This document shows positions 27,550 to 44,346 of a stretch of 64,000 nt of DNA, piece by piece. The stretch is taken from the NCBI GenBank assembly GCA_964016885.1, contig OZ024741.1, positions 43,524,001 through 43,588,000 of the forward strand, read 5' to 3'. Below the pieces are notes generated by a model that was not told where the DNA came from, did not search any database, and saw only the letters and a program-made list of their open reading frames with translations. The stretch's first letter is position 1, and every line of letters begins with the position of its first letter. The stretch is from Eledone cirrhosa (lineage: Eukaryota). The position numbers and the translations under genes are program-made.

Positions 27550-27722
27550 TAAAAAAGAGTCAGGACACGGACGGCTGAGCGCCGGCCGTTTCATTAAGTT
27601 CAGCTAGATTCCCGCCGTCCTAATACTGCTGGTTTGTTCGGATCTAGCTGTCGAAACGGCCGGAGCTCAGACACGGGGTCCTGACTCTTTTCCTAATACC
27701 AACTCTACTAACTTTCTTTGTT
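27550..27722. mobile_element. Diverged member of the 11707 fold-back family
   Basis: Inverted arms AAAAGAGTCAGGAC..CGGCCGTTTC / GAAACGGCCG..GTCCTGACTCTTTT. Confidence 0.75.
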
Positions 27723-27954
27723 ATATATGTATGTATATATATATATATATTTATACATTTATATATACAATTTATATATACAATTTATATATTTAATATT
27801 CGGTTCCGTTAATTTGTTGAGCTATTTCAAATGTCGAGTAAACCTGGCTGCTATTTTTAGTGGTGTGGGTTTGTGAGACTCGCTTGGATGCCATGTGCGC
27901 TGTTTTATTTTTTATACATAGCATACATAGATGTGTCTAGGATACTAATTTATA

Positions 27955-28026
27955 ACCCACTGATGAGCTTGGATTAGTATTTCTATTCACAATAAACGTT
28001 GCGAAACAATAACAAGTTGTCTGGGT
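27955..28026 (+). ncRNA. Type I hammerhead ribozyme, canonical core
   Basis: ACCCA CUGAUGA GC...GC GAAACAA uaacaag UUGUC UGGGU; stem I extends via ACUAAU/AUUAGU. Confidence 0.85.
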
Positions 28027-28792
28027 GATTAGTAGTTACCACAACTCCGGTTTGTATTTATTTTCTTAATTTTTTCTTAAATTGAGACAAGCGAACCTAA
28101 TTGTCTATAGTTAGTATTCTTTTCACCTTAGCGAATCAGGTCCCTTACGATTGGAACACATATATCTATATATCTGTGTTCGCTTTTCTTTTATATTCTA
28201 TTATAATATAGGGCTCAGAAATATCTCTTTCTTAGAGCTATTTTGTTGTAAAAGACTATTTTGAGTTGCTAACTCAATTTATACATTTAATATATATATA
28301 TATATAAAATATATATATGTAGAATAATTTTTGATTTTTAATTTTTAGTTTTAATTTCCAACTCTCATTCATAATTTCCACAGTGAAACCCTAATACCTA
28401 GAATTAAGTATATTTTCTCTTAGGGGTTGATGGTCAATTCTACTGCCCATGCATAATGTAGGGTAGTATTGAGACCTATTGTTACTCATACTCTCCCCGA
28501 ACCCCACTAGCTTTCGGCTGACCGCTACTGACGGGGTGGCTAGCAGTAAGCTATATATTACAGGCCTGAATAGGTCATTGTTTGGTTGAGAGGGGGAACA
28601 GCCTAGGCGAATTTCGTTGAACTCTGCGGTAGCTGATGGTCAACTTCCTTCGGACCTGCGCCTGTGCAGACCAGTGGGAGTGAATTGGTACTCACAAGGG
28701 AACGGACGAAGAACCCAAGAGCACACACTTCGTCCGTTCCAATGTCGATTCAATTTGTATTGCCTCGGAAACGTAACCTTATTATGTAACAA

Positions 28793-28866
28793 GCTGTCTG
28801 ACGATGTCGCGGCCCTGGCGCACAGAACAGTGTGGCCACTGTGGGCATTGAAATATGTATCACAGC
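28793..28866 (+). ncRNA. Type I hammerhead ribozyme (AUC site); homolog on minus at 43064-43138
   Basis: GCUGU CUGACGA ... GAAAU AUGU AUC ACAGC. Confidence 0.7.
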
Positions 28867-29239
28867 ATTATTATTAAAGGACTTGAACATCTCAAACTAC
28901 TTCGCTTTTCCTTATTCGATATTTACTCCGTCACTCCTATGTGGAATAAGTACGTTGAGTGTTTGAATTGAATTGCATCAATATTTACCTTAAGTATATA
29001 TATATGTATATATATATATATATATACATGTTATATATATATACATGTTATATATATATATATATATACATATATACATACATATATATAAATATATACA
29101 TATACACATATATATATATACATATATACATACATATATATACATATATATGTATGTATATATATACATATATACAAACATATATATATATATATATATA
29201 CATGTATACATATATATGTATGTATAAATATACATATAT

Positions 29240-30559
<1,320 letters not shown>

Positions 30560-31003
30560 GGAATTCCAATTTTGTCTGATTTACTCGTTTTATTTACAAT
30601 CCTTTAAACTTATTATGAAGTAGTATGGTAGAATATTAAATGTTAATTGAACAAGTACTTTCATGCTTTCGCAATCTTCAGGTTCATATTCAGTGTTGAC
30701 AGTCAAGTTTGCAATTTTCAACTGTCATGAGATGCGTAAAATCTGTGCCTTATATTCAGTAAAAAGGAGCTGCAGAATGCTATGTTTTACAAACTGTATT
30801 TCGACCAATCGGTGTGTAGTTTCAGTAGATTACTAAAGCTGATTGGTTTAGGCGTCACGGTTGTTTGAGAATATCTAACGACTTCTATTTTACCCTATCC
30901 AAAGCCTCAATTGTTTTGCTATCTTTAGAAATAATGAAAATAGCATTTTCTAGGGGTTTTATAAAAAAATCTGCAGACCTTAGAAAATGCTATTTTATAT
31001 ATA

Positions 31004-31919
31004 CGAGGTGTGTCAGAAAAGTTCCAGGACTGATGTCACAAAAGATTTATTTAAAAACCCAAACTTCACACTAAGAGTTTTCTCCTTCAAAGTATCTCCC
31101 TGGAGTCTAATGCAATTTTCCATCCTTTTCTGCCACGCTTGCATGCCCTTCTGGAAGGATTCTTCCGGGATCCTCCGCAGTTCTGTCGTTACGGCCTTTT
31201 TGATGTCGTCTACGTCTTAGAAACGGGTCCCCTCCGGGTCGTACTCGAAGATCCATGACTCATCACCTGTGATGACTGTCCCTAGCAAGTCTGGTTCGGT
31301 TTTAAGACGCCCGATGATGTACTGGCTCACTTGCATGCGTCGACCCTGCTGGTCATCATTCAGCATTTTTAGCACCATCTTCGCGCAGACTTTCCGCCTG
31401 TCCAAATCTTCAGTGAGAATCTTCTACACGCTGTCCGGATTCATGGCCAGCTCATTTGCCATCAGTCGAACAGTCAGCCGACGATCACTACGAACCATCT
31501 GCCTGACGTGGTCAACGTTGCCCTCAGTCCTGGTTGTTGAGGGCCTTCAGCTCCTGGGGTCATCTTGCACGTCCTCGCGTCCTTCTTGAAACCTCTTGCA
31601 CCACTCAAAAACACGTAAGTGTGACATTTGTCATCTCCATACACTTGCTGTAGCAATTCCAGTGCTTCTGACAGCGTTTTCCCCAACCGTACCAGAAACT
31701 TCAAGTTTGTTCGTTACTCTGTGCTCATTGATTGACGACCTGAAACAGAGGACATGTATATAAAATTATGAAGAAAAAAGTTTGATCGCTGCAGAGAGCT
31801 AAGATTACAGTTACATACTCCAGGGGGATTACTTGGAAGGTGAAAATTCTTAGCGTGAAGTTTGGGTTTGAAATAAATCTTTGGTGACATCAGTCCCGGA
31901 ACTTTTCTGACGCACCTCG
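31004..31919 (-). mobile_element. Internally deleted mariner transposon with ~70-bp TIRs and TA TSD
   Basis: TA-CGAGGTGTGTCAGAAAAGTTCC.../...GGAACTTTTCTGACGCACCTCG-TA; remnants KFLVRLGKTLSEALELLQQVYGD and ITGDESWIFEYDPE fused directly to GTRF. Confidence 0.93.
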
Positions 31920-32037
31920 TATATATATGAATATATATATATATGTGTGTGTGTATATATATATGTATATATATATATATATATACATACATATATATGT
32001 GTGTGTGTTTATGTATATATATATGTATATATGTGTG

Positions 32038-32086
<49 letters not shown>

Positions 32087-32093
32087 GTGTGTG

Positions 32094-32192
<99 letters not shown>

Positions 32193-32209
32193 GTATATAT
32201 ATATATATA

Positions 32210-32632
32210 GTTAAAAGAATAGAGGTGTAACACACAAGTACACAAGTTATTATATATTGGTAAACGGAATAGAAAATGCTGACAAATTGTTGACAGTGAA
32301 AAATAGTTTAATTAGGAATAAATGAGAATTAGTAATTGTATTGGTTAGTAATCAGTTTTGGTTTTAAGTTTTACCGGTTGTGCATTTCTAAATGCTTTTC
32401 AAAAATAATTTTGAGATAGTGCGTCCGTGATGTTTGCTCTGATCTGATTAGTTTTGGGAATTTTACCTGTTTTATGTTAAAAAAGTGGCTCCAGCTCTAT
32501 TAAAATTGTTTTTTTGCGCCAATTCGTGTTGCAAAAATTCTTGTGGTCAAAACAATTTTGATTGGTCGGTAGAGGTCATGTGAATGTAAAAAATTGATTT
32601 TGCGCCAAGACTGAGAAATGACCCTTACACAA
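32210..32632 (-). mobile_element. Solo pLTR of the Neptune-like family at 38103-40740
   Basis: Nearly identical to 38103-38500. Confidence 0.85.
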
Positions 32633-32756
<124 letters not shown>

Positions 32757-32784
32757 TGTGTCTATATGTATATATGTATGTATG

Positions 32785-32853
<69 letters not shown>

Positions 32854-33478
32854 TAAAATAGCAGATTAAAACTTAAGCAACGAATCGCTGCTTTGACCCT
32901 TAAGCAGCGATTCTTTGCTTCAACTTTAATCTGTTATTTTAATAAATATTTGCTCTACGGTTCTTATATATTTGATATATATTTATCTTTATCGAGCCCT
33001 CTTTGGATTTTAGTCTTTAAATTTATTATTATTACTATTTGGCTCCATCGGTTGAGCACTCTATTGACTTATATTCATCATGCAGAAACAACATCTGAAT
33101 ATACCTGTACCAAGCAGGAAAACATACCTAAAACTCCTGATACAGAAAACAGACGCGTTCATTAAAAGGTTGCGTTGGCGTGGCTTTTGTTTCGATAATC
33201 AGGGAAAAGCAGACAACAAACAGGATACATTTGGGTTTAAAAGCTATAATAACCCTGCGAGTAACCCAGCATTGCTACCCTTCGAAAATGATGTCTTGGA
33301 ACTCATATGGAGTAGCGAATTTCGCAATCGGAGCAATTCCTTCCAGCAGGACCTGAAGAATAGAATTCGTTCTATTAAGGATTCTAATGCCGTGCACATC
33401 CACTCCGACAAAACTGGCAATCTATATCAAGTGGAGCGCAGTACTTACCATCAACTGCTACATATATATATATATACA

Positions 33479-33566
<88 letters not shown>

Positions 33567-33569
<3 letters not shown>

Positions 33570-33706
33570 CGAAGGAAATGTGGTAAAGAACCAGGTGGAC
33601 CATAACGCACCAAAGTACTCAATACTTAGGGTAGTAGAGTGGGTAATAGGAACGAGTAGGACACCGACGGCTGAGCTCAAGCCGTTTCGACAGCTAATTC
33701 TGGACT
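33567..33706 (-). mobile_element. Member of the 11707 family, truncated in HHR stem II
   Basis: Matches 11707-11845. Confidence 0.85.
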
Positions 33707-33721
33707 AATACATACATACAC

Positions 33722-34665
33722 AGGCAATCAAAAACCCGGCTGACGCTGCTCTTTTACAACAATATCTGGATGCCACATACAAATGGGCGGAAGACAACAA
33801 CATGCAGTTTAATGGTGGCAAATTGCAAGCTCTACAATGCAAACCTGCAAACACAAATACAGTACAAGCCAGTTACGCCGGACCAGGAGGGTCCGATATC
33901 CCCGTGTCAAAATCGATACGAGACCTGGGTCTAGACATGAGCGATGATGGATCTTTATCCTCACACATCATGAATGTGGCGACAATGTGCAGACGACTCG
34001 TTGGCTGGATCTTGAGGACTTTCCGAACAAGAGTCCGAGACACCATGTTGATACTATGGAGGACATTTGTCCTAAGCCGCCTGGATTATTGCTCACAGTT
34101 GTGGTTACCCCATAATGTCGAACTAAACACGTAGCCTGAGGCAATCCAGCGAATCTACCCCGAGAGGATTGCGACGATGAAGGAGATGAGCTACTGGGAA
34201 AGGCTAAGTGAACTGAACCTCTACTGCTTGGAACGAAGACGGGAGAGATATGCAGTGATCTACATGTGGAAAATTCTGGAGGGACTAGCACCAAACTTTG
34301 GCATTGGGAGATGGACCAACCGTCGAGCAGGACATCACTGTGTGGTGCCAAAGGTTCCGCCTTCCACATCTAGAATAAGGAGCAGATATTGCAATGGCCT
34401 GGGGTTCAAGGGCCCTCAACTCTTCAACAAGCTGCCGAGGGATCTGAGAGATCTGCCTGGTGTGGATGTGGATGTCTTCAAGAAACATCTCGACACCTTG
34501 CTATCCAGGATCCCGGATGAGCCCGCATCAAGGCACGAGGGAAACCTAAGGGTAGCACCAACGAACTCCCTTTTGCACCAGTGACCAACCGATACAGGCT
34601 GGTGATAACATGTGTAGCAACAAGGGCGGTGCCTCAGCAGGATGGCTGGAACAAGTAAAAGTGTA
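33722..34665 (+). pseudogene. CR1/L2-group LINE 3' fragment (RT C-terminus)
   Basis: WAEDNNMQFN, RDLG, SRLDYCSQLWLPH, SYWERLSELNLYCLERRRERY. Confidence 0.88.
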
Positions 34666-35944
34666 AAAGATATATATATATATATTTAAAAAAAAAAAAA
34701 AAATGGTATGTGCACAGACATTCAATGAAGAACCATGCACTGATAAATTCTACAACCCTCGCCAATAAAATCTGGCATCTTAAGGACAAAAACCTTGATT
34801 ATAATATTAGCTGGTTGAAATTGGCGGGGCAAAAACATATTGCAGCGGTCTGTCCTACTGCGGGCTCTGCAACCTTGAATTGCTGCATATCTTAAGGAAC
34901 GATAAAATGCTACTCAACAGCAAAATAGAAAGGTCAATTTTCTGCAGATATAGGATTGCTACAACATTCGCGAGATTTAAACACCGTGATTTGAACCAAT
35001 ACCACTTAGCTGTTAACACAGGAAATCCACCTTCTCACCAAGCCCAATACGGAACTATAATCTTCTATAAATACCTTATAGCCTCCCTAATTCTATTCCA
35101 CTGGAATATGTCTAAAACTATCTCATCAGCCCATAAATCATTCCTACCTTCGCTGTTACCCACTACTTCGGACCAAGGATTTATATCTCTCATTAGCACT
35201 CATGATCTCTAATAGATGACCCTAATTCTAAGTACATTATCTTATTACTCCTACACCCCTTGAAATCTCACATTCCTCTTATTATTCTTATTATTCTTAT
35301 TATTATTATGAAGATCTCAATATAGCCCTAATATTATTCATCAAGTTCTATATATCTACCATGCACATTTTACTACTTTACTACCATCTATTATTGTTGT
35401 TATCACTGTCTTATTTATACACGATTTGTTATTGATGCTGTGAAAACTAAACCTCCACGATTCGAACTAACAATCCTTACCTTTAGTATAGGCCACTTAA
35501 ATAACGAATCTACAACTCTATTTAACACCACATAAAAACTATCATCATCACTAAATTAATCAAACGAAAATGTTTATCTGTCAAATAATAAAAAAATAAA
35601 AAGTAAATCTCCGGTTTATTGCTAGAATACCTACAGCACAGTGGATACCTCATAAATTCTGTCTCCAAGTACATCTTAGTGGTTACTGTTATCTAGTCGC
35701 TACCCCATGTCTATATCTAATGTACCCTATAGCAGTTTTCACACATCAATTCCATACATCTGTATCATATCAGTCAGTTTAACATGCTAGATTCTTGATT
35801 ATACTCTATCTCTTACTTATATTGACGTTATTATTTTAATTGTCTGCTATCTAGTTATTTAATTTTATCATTGATATTATTGTTCTCGTTTAATACCACA
35901 CTTATATAAAAACCATGCCTTATGTATTTTCTTCGCTACATTCT

Positions 35945-35975
<31 letters not shown>

Positions 35976-36108
35976 ACACACATATATATATATACTTATA
36001 TATACATATATATATATACACATATATACATATATACACACATATATACACATATACATATATATATCTATATATATACGAAAGTTTAAGCAAACGATGA
36101 TTGCTTAT

Positions 36109-37493
<1,385 letters not shown>

Positions 37494-37494
37494 T

Positions 37495-37547
<53 letters not shown>

Positions 37548-37765
37548 TATATGTGTGTGAACTGCGGAATACTCTAATTCCGATCCTTGTATAATTAACA
37601 AGTTCCAAAGTGTTGAGCTAATAAATTCGAATGGCTGGCTGCCCTCTCTAGTATCTTCCCTAATTCATGAGAGCCGTTATTTGATGCAAATAACACGTGT
37701 TTTCGCACGTGTATATGTGCGTTCTCTCTTTCCATTAGGCTAGATGTGTAGCTAACAATTCCACA

Positions 37766-37841
37766 CTTGGTGACTGAGGACCCTGTGGACTTTTACACTA
37801 CATATTTCAGTGGCGAAACGAAATAGATTCGTATCAGCAAG
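37766..37841 (+). ncRNA. Type I hammerhead ribozyme (GUA site), base of stem II imperfect
   Basis: CUUGGUGA CUGAGGA CCCUG..CAGUGGC GAAACGAA auaga UUCGUA UCAGCAAG. Confidence 0.75.
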
Positions 37842-38029
37842 CTTATAGTTATAAGGTTGGTAATTTAAAACTCTACTTCAGACATTTGATTCTGACTTAG
37901 TATTCTTGCTATTTAATTGCCAACCTGTAGGTATTGTTTTCCATACAGCAACGGTTAAACTCATGTGTAATAATTCTTTACACACATCTCACTGTGTAAC
38001 ACACTTCTCTCTGTGTAATATATATATAT

Positions 38030-38102
<73 letters not shown>

Positions 38103-38108
<6 letters not shown>

Positions 38109-38519
38109 AAAGAATAGAGGTGTCACACACAAGTTATTATATATTGGAAAACGGAATAGAAAATGCTGACAAATTGTTCACAGTTGAAAAATGGTTTAAT
38201 TAGGAATAAAAGAGTATTAGTGATTGTATGGGTTAGTATTCAGTTGTAATTTTAAGTTTTTAAGTTTTTACCGTTTGCGCATTTCTAAATGCTTTTCAAA
38301 AATAATTTTGAGATAGAGTGTCCGTGCTGTTTGCTCTGATCTGATTAGTTTTGGGAATTCTACCTGTTTTTATGTTAAAAAAGTGGCTCCAATTTGCAAA
38401 AATTCTTGTGGTCAAAACAATTTTGATAGGTCGGTAGAGGTCATGTGAATAAAAAATTGGTTTTGCGCCAAGATTGAGAAATGACTCTTTCACAACAAAT
38501 ATGCGTGTGTCTGTGTGGG

Positions 38520-38570
<51 letters not shown>

Positions 38571-38662
38571 TAGTAGTAGTAGTAAGGTGTTCGATGTTGT
38601 GATAATGGTTAGCAGCGATGTGTGTCAAATGGCTATTAAGATAAGTGTGTGTGTATGTGTGT

Positions 38663-38702
<40 letters not shown>

Positions 38703-40735
38703 CAGAGTAATTCGTAGTGGCAGGGATGAAGCAGTCATCTAGATATCCCTTCCAGATATGCTTCATCCTTTGGCACGAAAACATCGAAAAACTTAAAGAA
38801 TTTCACACCTTTATAAATGGGCTCAACACAAATATTATCTTCACGATGGAATACAGCCATCAACAATTCCCCTTCCTCGACATCCTCATTAAGATCCATA
38901 ACAAAAAATAGAAACAGACATATACTACAAGCCCACAGACTCCAAGCAATATCTCCCCTTCAACTCTTGCCACCCTAGACACGTTAAAATTAATATTCCC
39001 TACAACTTAGCCAAGAGAATCTGTACTATAGTCTCCAATAAAAACATATGCTACTTACGGCTACAAGAACTAAAGGACACACTCATAGGCAGGGACTACC
39101 CTGCATCACTAATTGTCAATGGAATCCAACGTGCCCTAAAACTCAGTACCCAGGACCTTAGACACCCTAAAGTAAATCAACCAAAACTAGAAGCTCTTCC
39201 ATACATCTCCACACACAACCCCCTCAACAATGAGGCCTTTGACACCATCCTCCAGAACATCCCTGTATTGAAAAAGGACTATAGAATGAACCAAATTCTA
39301 CGAACACACGACATCATAAAGAGCAAAAGACAATCCAAATCAATGAAAAACATCTTAACACATGCCAAAGTACTGCCAACCACAACAACGAAACCCACAG
39401 TAAAAGAATGCGATAGACCCAACTGTGGCATTTGCATCAACCTAATAGAGGGTTCGGAATTCTATTTCAAAGATGGACAACGTTTTATAGTAAAACCCAA
39501 TTTCACATGTGCATCGGAAAATCTAATATATGTATTAACTTGTTCAGGTTGTCGAGAACAATACATAGGCCAGACGAAAAACAGCCTCCGCCAACGCATG
39601 ACTGTCCATAGATCCCAAATCAAAATACGGGAATACAGGAAAATACCACTGAGTGAACACATTGATACCTGTGCCGCCCAAAATCATCCCAACTTCAGAA
39701 TCTTTCCCCTCTACAAATTTAAAGATAATGCCGCCCACACCCAGCGCATCAGCAAGGAATCTTACTTCATTAACAAATACGGACCTCGTCTAAACACTTC
39801 TCCCTAAGACGAACCCACAACATACACACGTCAACATACATACCTACATCAGCACACATCTCTACCCACATATAAATACAATGACATACGCAAACACACA
39901 TGCTCTATGGTGCAACACAAGAAAATATATGTGCACATATATATATGTATATATATATGTATATATATATGTATATATGTATATGTATATATGTATATGT
40001 ATATATGTATATATATAGTGAATGTATGTATGTGCATATATATATAGTGAATATCATTTCACACCTTTTATTGTTAAGATTTTTGATGTTCTATTAAGAG
40101 AACCGATTTTACTGAAAAAATCGAATAATGTACACCATTTACCAGGGAAAAAAAAAATACTGGTCCACCCACATACACACACACACACACAGACACACAC
40201 ATATATACACACACACATACACACGCGTACATCAACATACAAACAGACTTATATATACACACACACACACACATATTTGTTGTGAAAAGTCATTTCTCAA
40301 TCTTGGCGCAAAACCAATTTTTTATTCACATGACCTCTACCGACCAATCAAAATTGTTTTGACCACAATAATTTTTGCTGGAGCCACTTTTTTAACATAA
40401 AAACAGTCTTGGCGCAAAATCAATTTTTTACATTCACATGACCTCTACCGACCAATCAAAATTGTTTTGACCACAAGAATTTTTGAAAATTGGAGCCACT
40501 TTTTTAACATGAAAACAGGTAGAATTCCCAAAACTAATCAGATCAGAGCAAACAGCACGGACACTCTATCTCAAAATTATTTTTGAAAAGCATTTAATAA
40601 TGCGCAACCGGGAAAAACTTAAAAACTTAAAACCACAACTGAATACTAACCCATACAATCACTAATACTCTTTTATTCCTAATTAAACCATTTTTCAACT
40701 GTGAACGATTTGTCAGCATTTTCTATTCCCTTTAC

Positions 40736-40740
<5 letters not shown>
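38103..40740 (+). mobile_element. 5'-truncated Neptune-like PLE with inverted pLTRs (38103-38500 / 40277-40740)
   Basis: RT thumb and GIY-YIG coding region, flanked by reverse-complementary ~400-bp blocks and (TA)n. Confidence 0.88.
38759..39807 (+). pseudogene. PLE RT C-terminus plus GIY-YIG endonuclease (frameshift near 38905)
   Basis: CFILW..FTMEYS..FPFLDILI, TDIYYKPTD..SCHP, CDRPNCGIC, NLIYVLTCSGCREQYIGQT..LRQRMTVH. Confidence 0.9.
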
Positions 40741-40808
<68 letters not shown>

Positions 40809-40824
40809 TACATATATATTATAC

Positions 40825-40855
<31 letters not shown>

Positions 40856-40976
40856 GTAATACTAATAAAAGTGAAGACTAAAATCCAAAGAGGGCTCGAT
40901 AAGGTTATATATATATCAAATATATAAGTACCCTGGGGTGAAAGCACCGATTATTTGCTTAAACTTTAATCTGTTA

Positions 40977-41016
<40 letters not shown>

Positions 41017-41553
41017 AATATAAATTAGCGAGAATCGTATTTCGGCTTTGGAATTAACGAAAAACAACTTCCGAGATGTGTGGCAAACGCTCAATTATTC
41101 TGACGAACCATAGCTACAACATACGTTAAAGGCCAAACACACTGAGACGATGGTTAAACCGTCATCCGCAAAGCCATAGAAACGACGAAGTAATTCGGGT
41201 CAAACAAATAAAAAAATATGTGATTGAAAAATTTACCCGGACCCCTGGATGGTTGGTAAAATCCAGCATTTGTGTTTATGCGACACATAAATCTAGTACT
41301 GTCCGCTCTTACAAATAATGTTAGGCTTCTGGTAAATGATTGAACAAGGAAGTCACTTTCTCAACAGGTTTTAGTTCAAGTGCCAGGCGAAGGAATGACC
41401 GTTACCGATACCCATGTGTGGCTCGATAAGGGAGGCAGCAGTACATATGTAAACGTAAAAGAGTGCAAATGCATTAGTCATATACAGGAAGGAAACAAGC
41501 AATGGTATTAGGCATATATAATTGTTTGCAAACAAAGGTATCACATAAAATAA

Positions 41554-41620
<67 letters not shown>

Positions 41621-41744
41621 TTTATAGTTATGTATACACTAATTACAACTATAAACAGGAAAGATCTGTAATTTATTACTACCTTATTACCAGTACGAAA
41701 AATACCGCAATGTAAATACAAGAGATGTTTTACAGAGCCGGAAT

Positions 41745-42945
41745 ATAAATTACACAATAATCAAAGCTATGTTCAAATCATTGTATTGCTGACAATCGTT
41801 TCTTCCAAAGAATCGTTTGGATTCATCGGAGTAGTAGCAATGTTTGTACATATCATTAACCTCCTATTCAACTGAACAATCATATAGATACATGGATATT
41901 AATGTTGTCAACAACAGTTTCATATTTACAGAGTGGAATGTATGCGACATAGATTACAAGAGAATTGTACAATAATTAAAATTAAAAATTAAAAATTAAA
42001 AATTAAAAATTAAAAATTAAAAATTAAAAATTAAAAATTAAAAATTAAAAATTAAAAATTAAAAATTAAAAATTAAAAATTAAAAATTAAAAATTAAAAA
42101 TTAAAAATTAAAAATTAAAAATTAAAAATTAAAAATTAAAAATTAAAAATTAAAAATTAAAGATTAAAAATTAAAAAGGCACAGATTGGAATGCAAGCGA
42201 CAGAGATTATAAGGGAATAGTATAACAATTAAAGAGGCATTAAGGTAGGAAGTTACTCCTAAAACGAAGACACTAGCAGTACATATGTAAGCGTAAAAGA
42301 GAGCAAATGCATTAGTCATATACAGGAAGGAAACAAACAATGGTATTAGGCATATATAATTGTTTGCAAGGCAAAGGTATCCCATAAAATAAGCATATCA
42401 GGCAAACCTGTTTTTGTATTAAAACTATGGGTTTATGGTGGATGTAATGTGACTGTTTTTTCTGTAATGTTCAAATGTATATGTGCTGAGAGTATCAATG
42501 TTATTGCTATCATTTCCATTATGTTGGCTATGTTTTATTTTAGTGAATGTTTTTAATCAGTCACAGCCATGGATTGTACACCGGTCCTATTATATTACTA
42601 TCAGGGCTTCAAGTTGCTGTGGAGTGATTCTTCTAACAGTTTAATTTACGGAAGTGAGTTTGATGTATATTAAGACGAGATAATACGAAAGAGGAGGTAA
42701 CTAGCGAATTACGTTGTATATGATAGAAGAAATTAGAAAAATGTAAAGTTGTTTACATTCCACGCTGTAAATACGAAACTGTTGTTGACAACATTAATAT
42801 CCATGTATCTATATGATTGTTCAGTTGAATAGGAGGTTAATTATATGTACAAACATTGCTACTACTCCGATGAAAACAAACGATAATTTGGAAGAAAGGA
42901 TTGTCAGCAATAAAAGGATTTGAACATAGCTTGGATTATTGTGTA

Positions 42946-42950
<5 letters not shown>
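41745..42950. mobile_element. Non-coding element with ~200-bp inverted ends each holding a degenerate HHR (41785-41841 -, 42855-42911 +); internal (AAAATT)n at 41975-42175
   Basis: CCGAUGA AUCCAAA..UUUGGAA GAAAC GAUU GUC AGCAAU; also a direct repeat 41437-41557 / 42275-42397. Confidence 0.7.
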
Positions 42951-43009
<59 letters not shown>

Positions 43010-43895
43010 GGGGGGGGGGGTGAGAGAATAAGAATATGCGAAATAGTTTCTGATGTTGATAGGGCTGTGATACATATTTCAATGACGACAATGGCCACGC
43101 GATTCCGCCTATCCTATGCCATGATCTCATCAGATAGCTTCTTACATAAGGTTTCGTACTCGAGGTAATACAAATTAAAACGATAAAGAAACCGATAAAG
43201 ATAATGTTTTTGAAGCCTTCGTGCATTCCATTGTCGGCCCTAAACTCTCGCCACTGTTTTGCGCAGGCGTAAATGTGAAGAAAGTTTACCATCTAACTTC
43301 TACTCAAAACACAACGAAAGTAGCCAAGGCAAGTCCCCCCACCACCAAACAATCTCCCCCATCCCGGTGTGACGCGAGCCCCCAAGTTATAATTTACTCC
43401 CAGTCCCACGTCCTGCAGCAGCCGACCAAAACTCTGTGGTAGTGGTATAATTTAGCTAGAAAGTTATATAGAGAGATCGCTGGATATATAGATAGGTACG
43501 TACATGGATATATATAGTCAAATAGAAAGATAGATAAACAGAGACTTAGACAGATAGATAGACATATGGATAGAGAGATTGGCAAATAGATAGATTGATT
43601 AATTGATTTAAAAAATAGGTGATAAATGGACAAATAGATAGAAAGGTTCGGTTGATTTGATGTGATGTTTAGGAGAGATGTATATTATTATATTCACACG
43701 CGTTGCACATGCATATTTACCGATAAATATTTAGAAAGGAGAGCCCACAAATAGCTGGCGCTAGTCGTTTATACGTCTTGTAAGATACAATTGACTTGAA
43801 TGTGTTAAAAGCGATTCTAATGCAAGCCTTCATATAGTCGTATCGTTCTCTAAAATTGTATTTAGCTAATAGCGTGGAGAATGCTAGCTTAAACG

Positions 43896-43952
<57 letters not shown>

Positions 43953-43976
43953 GCTAAAGTATATATATATATATAT

Positions 43977-44314
43977 AAGTTAAAGAAAGAAGAGTAACAT
44001 GGTTGGCTGTACAATAAAGCGCCTTATTTAAAGTACTGACAATTGTTTCGTTGATCAGGTGTGTCTAGAGTTCGCTAGATTGCGTTAATCGATCTCCAAT
44101 ACATTGTTTACCACTTGTCAACACATCAGAGTATGTAGATATGAAAATAATTCACTCGAGGCAAGACTTATATAGCGTAAAACAAAACAATAACATCAAT
44201 AATAGAGCAGCGTATAATTAAAACAATAACATCAATAATAAAAAATGTATGGTAAATAGATAGAGAAGTTACAGGTGTAAAAAGTGACAAGTAAGATATA
44301 TGTAGGTTACATTA

Positions 44315-44346
<32 letters not shown>

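Larger units (their letters stand above)
33080..34985 (+). mobile_element. Disrupted Naiad-like PLE (N-terminus 33080-33460; C-terminus 34710-34985) with nested insertions
   Basis: [36 protein letters not shown]; STTLANKIWHLK..YNISW..CGLCNLE..LLNSKIE..CRYR. Confidence 0.8.

Noticed and set aside
40277-40740. HHR in the Neptune-like pLTR
   Set aside because: No complete core found on either strand by eye.
41093-41196. CTGACGA...GAAAC hammerhead candidate
   Set aside because: No NUH triplet in register with stem I; at best a decayed copy.
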